DNA of 61,129 nucleotides, counting the filler, from Sphacelaria rigidula (Eukaryota): assembly GCA_964200075.2 (NCBI GenBank). It is 9 parts of 9 records of this genome, joined end to end, with 100 filler letters (N's around TTAATTAATTAA, not from the genome) between each part and the next. Parts side by side here need not be neighbours in the genome. Positions count along the whole stretch, not along the records: positions 54,427 to 61,129 come from CAXNAA020018515.1; 8 more parts are not named here. One strand, given 5' to 3'. Numbering within the stretch: position 1 is the stretch's first letter; each line of letters opens with the position of its first letter. The notes below the pieces were generated by a model that saw nothing but the letters and a program-made list of their open reading frames with translations, was not told the origin of the DNA and ran no database searches. Below are positions 60,906-61,129 of this stretch, piece by piece. Both the position numbers and the translations under genes were made by a program.

Positions 60906-61129
60906 CTGGACGCGGCAATACGGTATGTGCAAAAAGATGAAAAGGGGGCGAGGGATGCGTACAGCAAATCGGATACACAAGGCACAAAAAATTCATGACA
61001 AAAAGTGCTGGGGAGGGAAGGGGAGGGGGGGGAGGTGTACTCATGATCATGCATGCCATAGTCATTATCTAACCATTGACCTCGCATCCCTACAAAGCCG
61101 GGACGAAGCACGCCAGGTTTTCGCCGGAC

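Overview
Eukaryotic DNA, most likely a brown alga (Phaeophyceae). This is inferred from ~50% GC, intron-rich genes, a ROCO-type C-terminal exon and TTAGGG-type repeats. The window is not one locus. It is nine unrelated contigs of 6704, 6704 and 7x6703 bp joined by artificial 100-bp spacers (N44-TTAATTAATTAA-N44), so gene neighbourhood across spacers means nothing. Recognisable gene fragments are six exons of condensin I subunit CAP-D2/Cnd1, the last two exons of TAF5 and the last two exons of a ROCO-family (LRR-GTPase)-like protein. There are also a possible GT32-like glycosyltransferase and a few low-complexity hypothetical genes. The rest is dense, nested transposon debris: a 4.1-kb Ty3/gypsy element that has lost its RT, solo LTRs, a 3-kb foldback element holding piggyBac-like MITEs, several palindromic MITEs, and small elements carrying internal telomere repeats. 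I found no prokaryote-style system, RNA gene or CRISPR array, and I cannot claim a demonstrated new system. The best leads are (i) Ginger-like MITEs with internal telomere repeats, (ii) an unclassified repeat family found in three contigs that keeps a vestigial reading frame, and (iii) a ~5-kb decayed, apparently intronless coding tract in contig 2. All homology calls are from motif recognition by eye; no searches were run.
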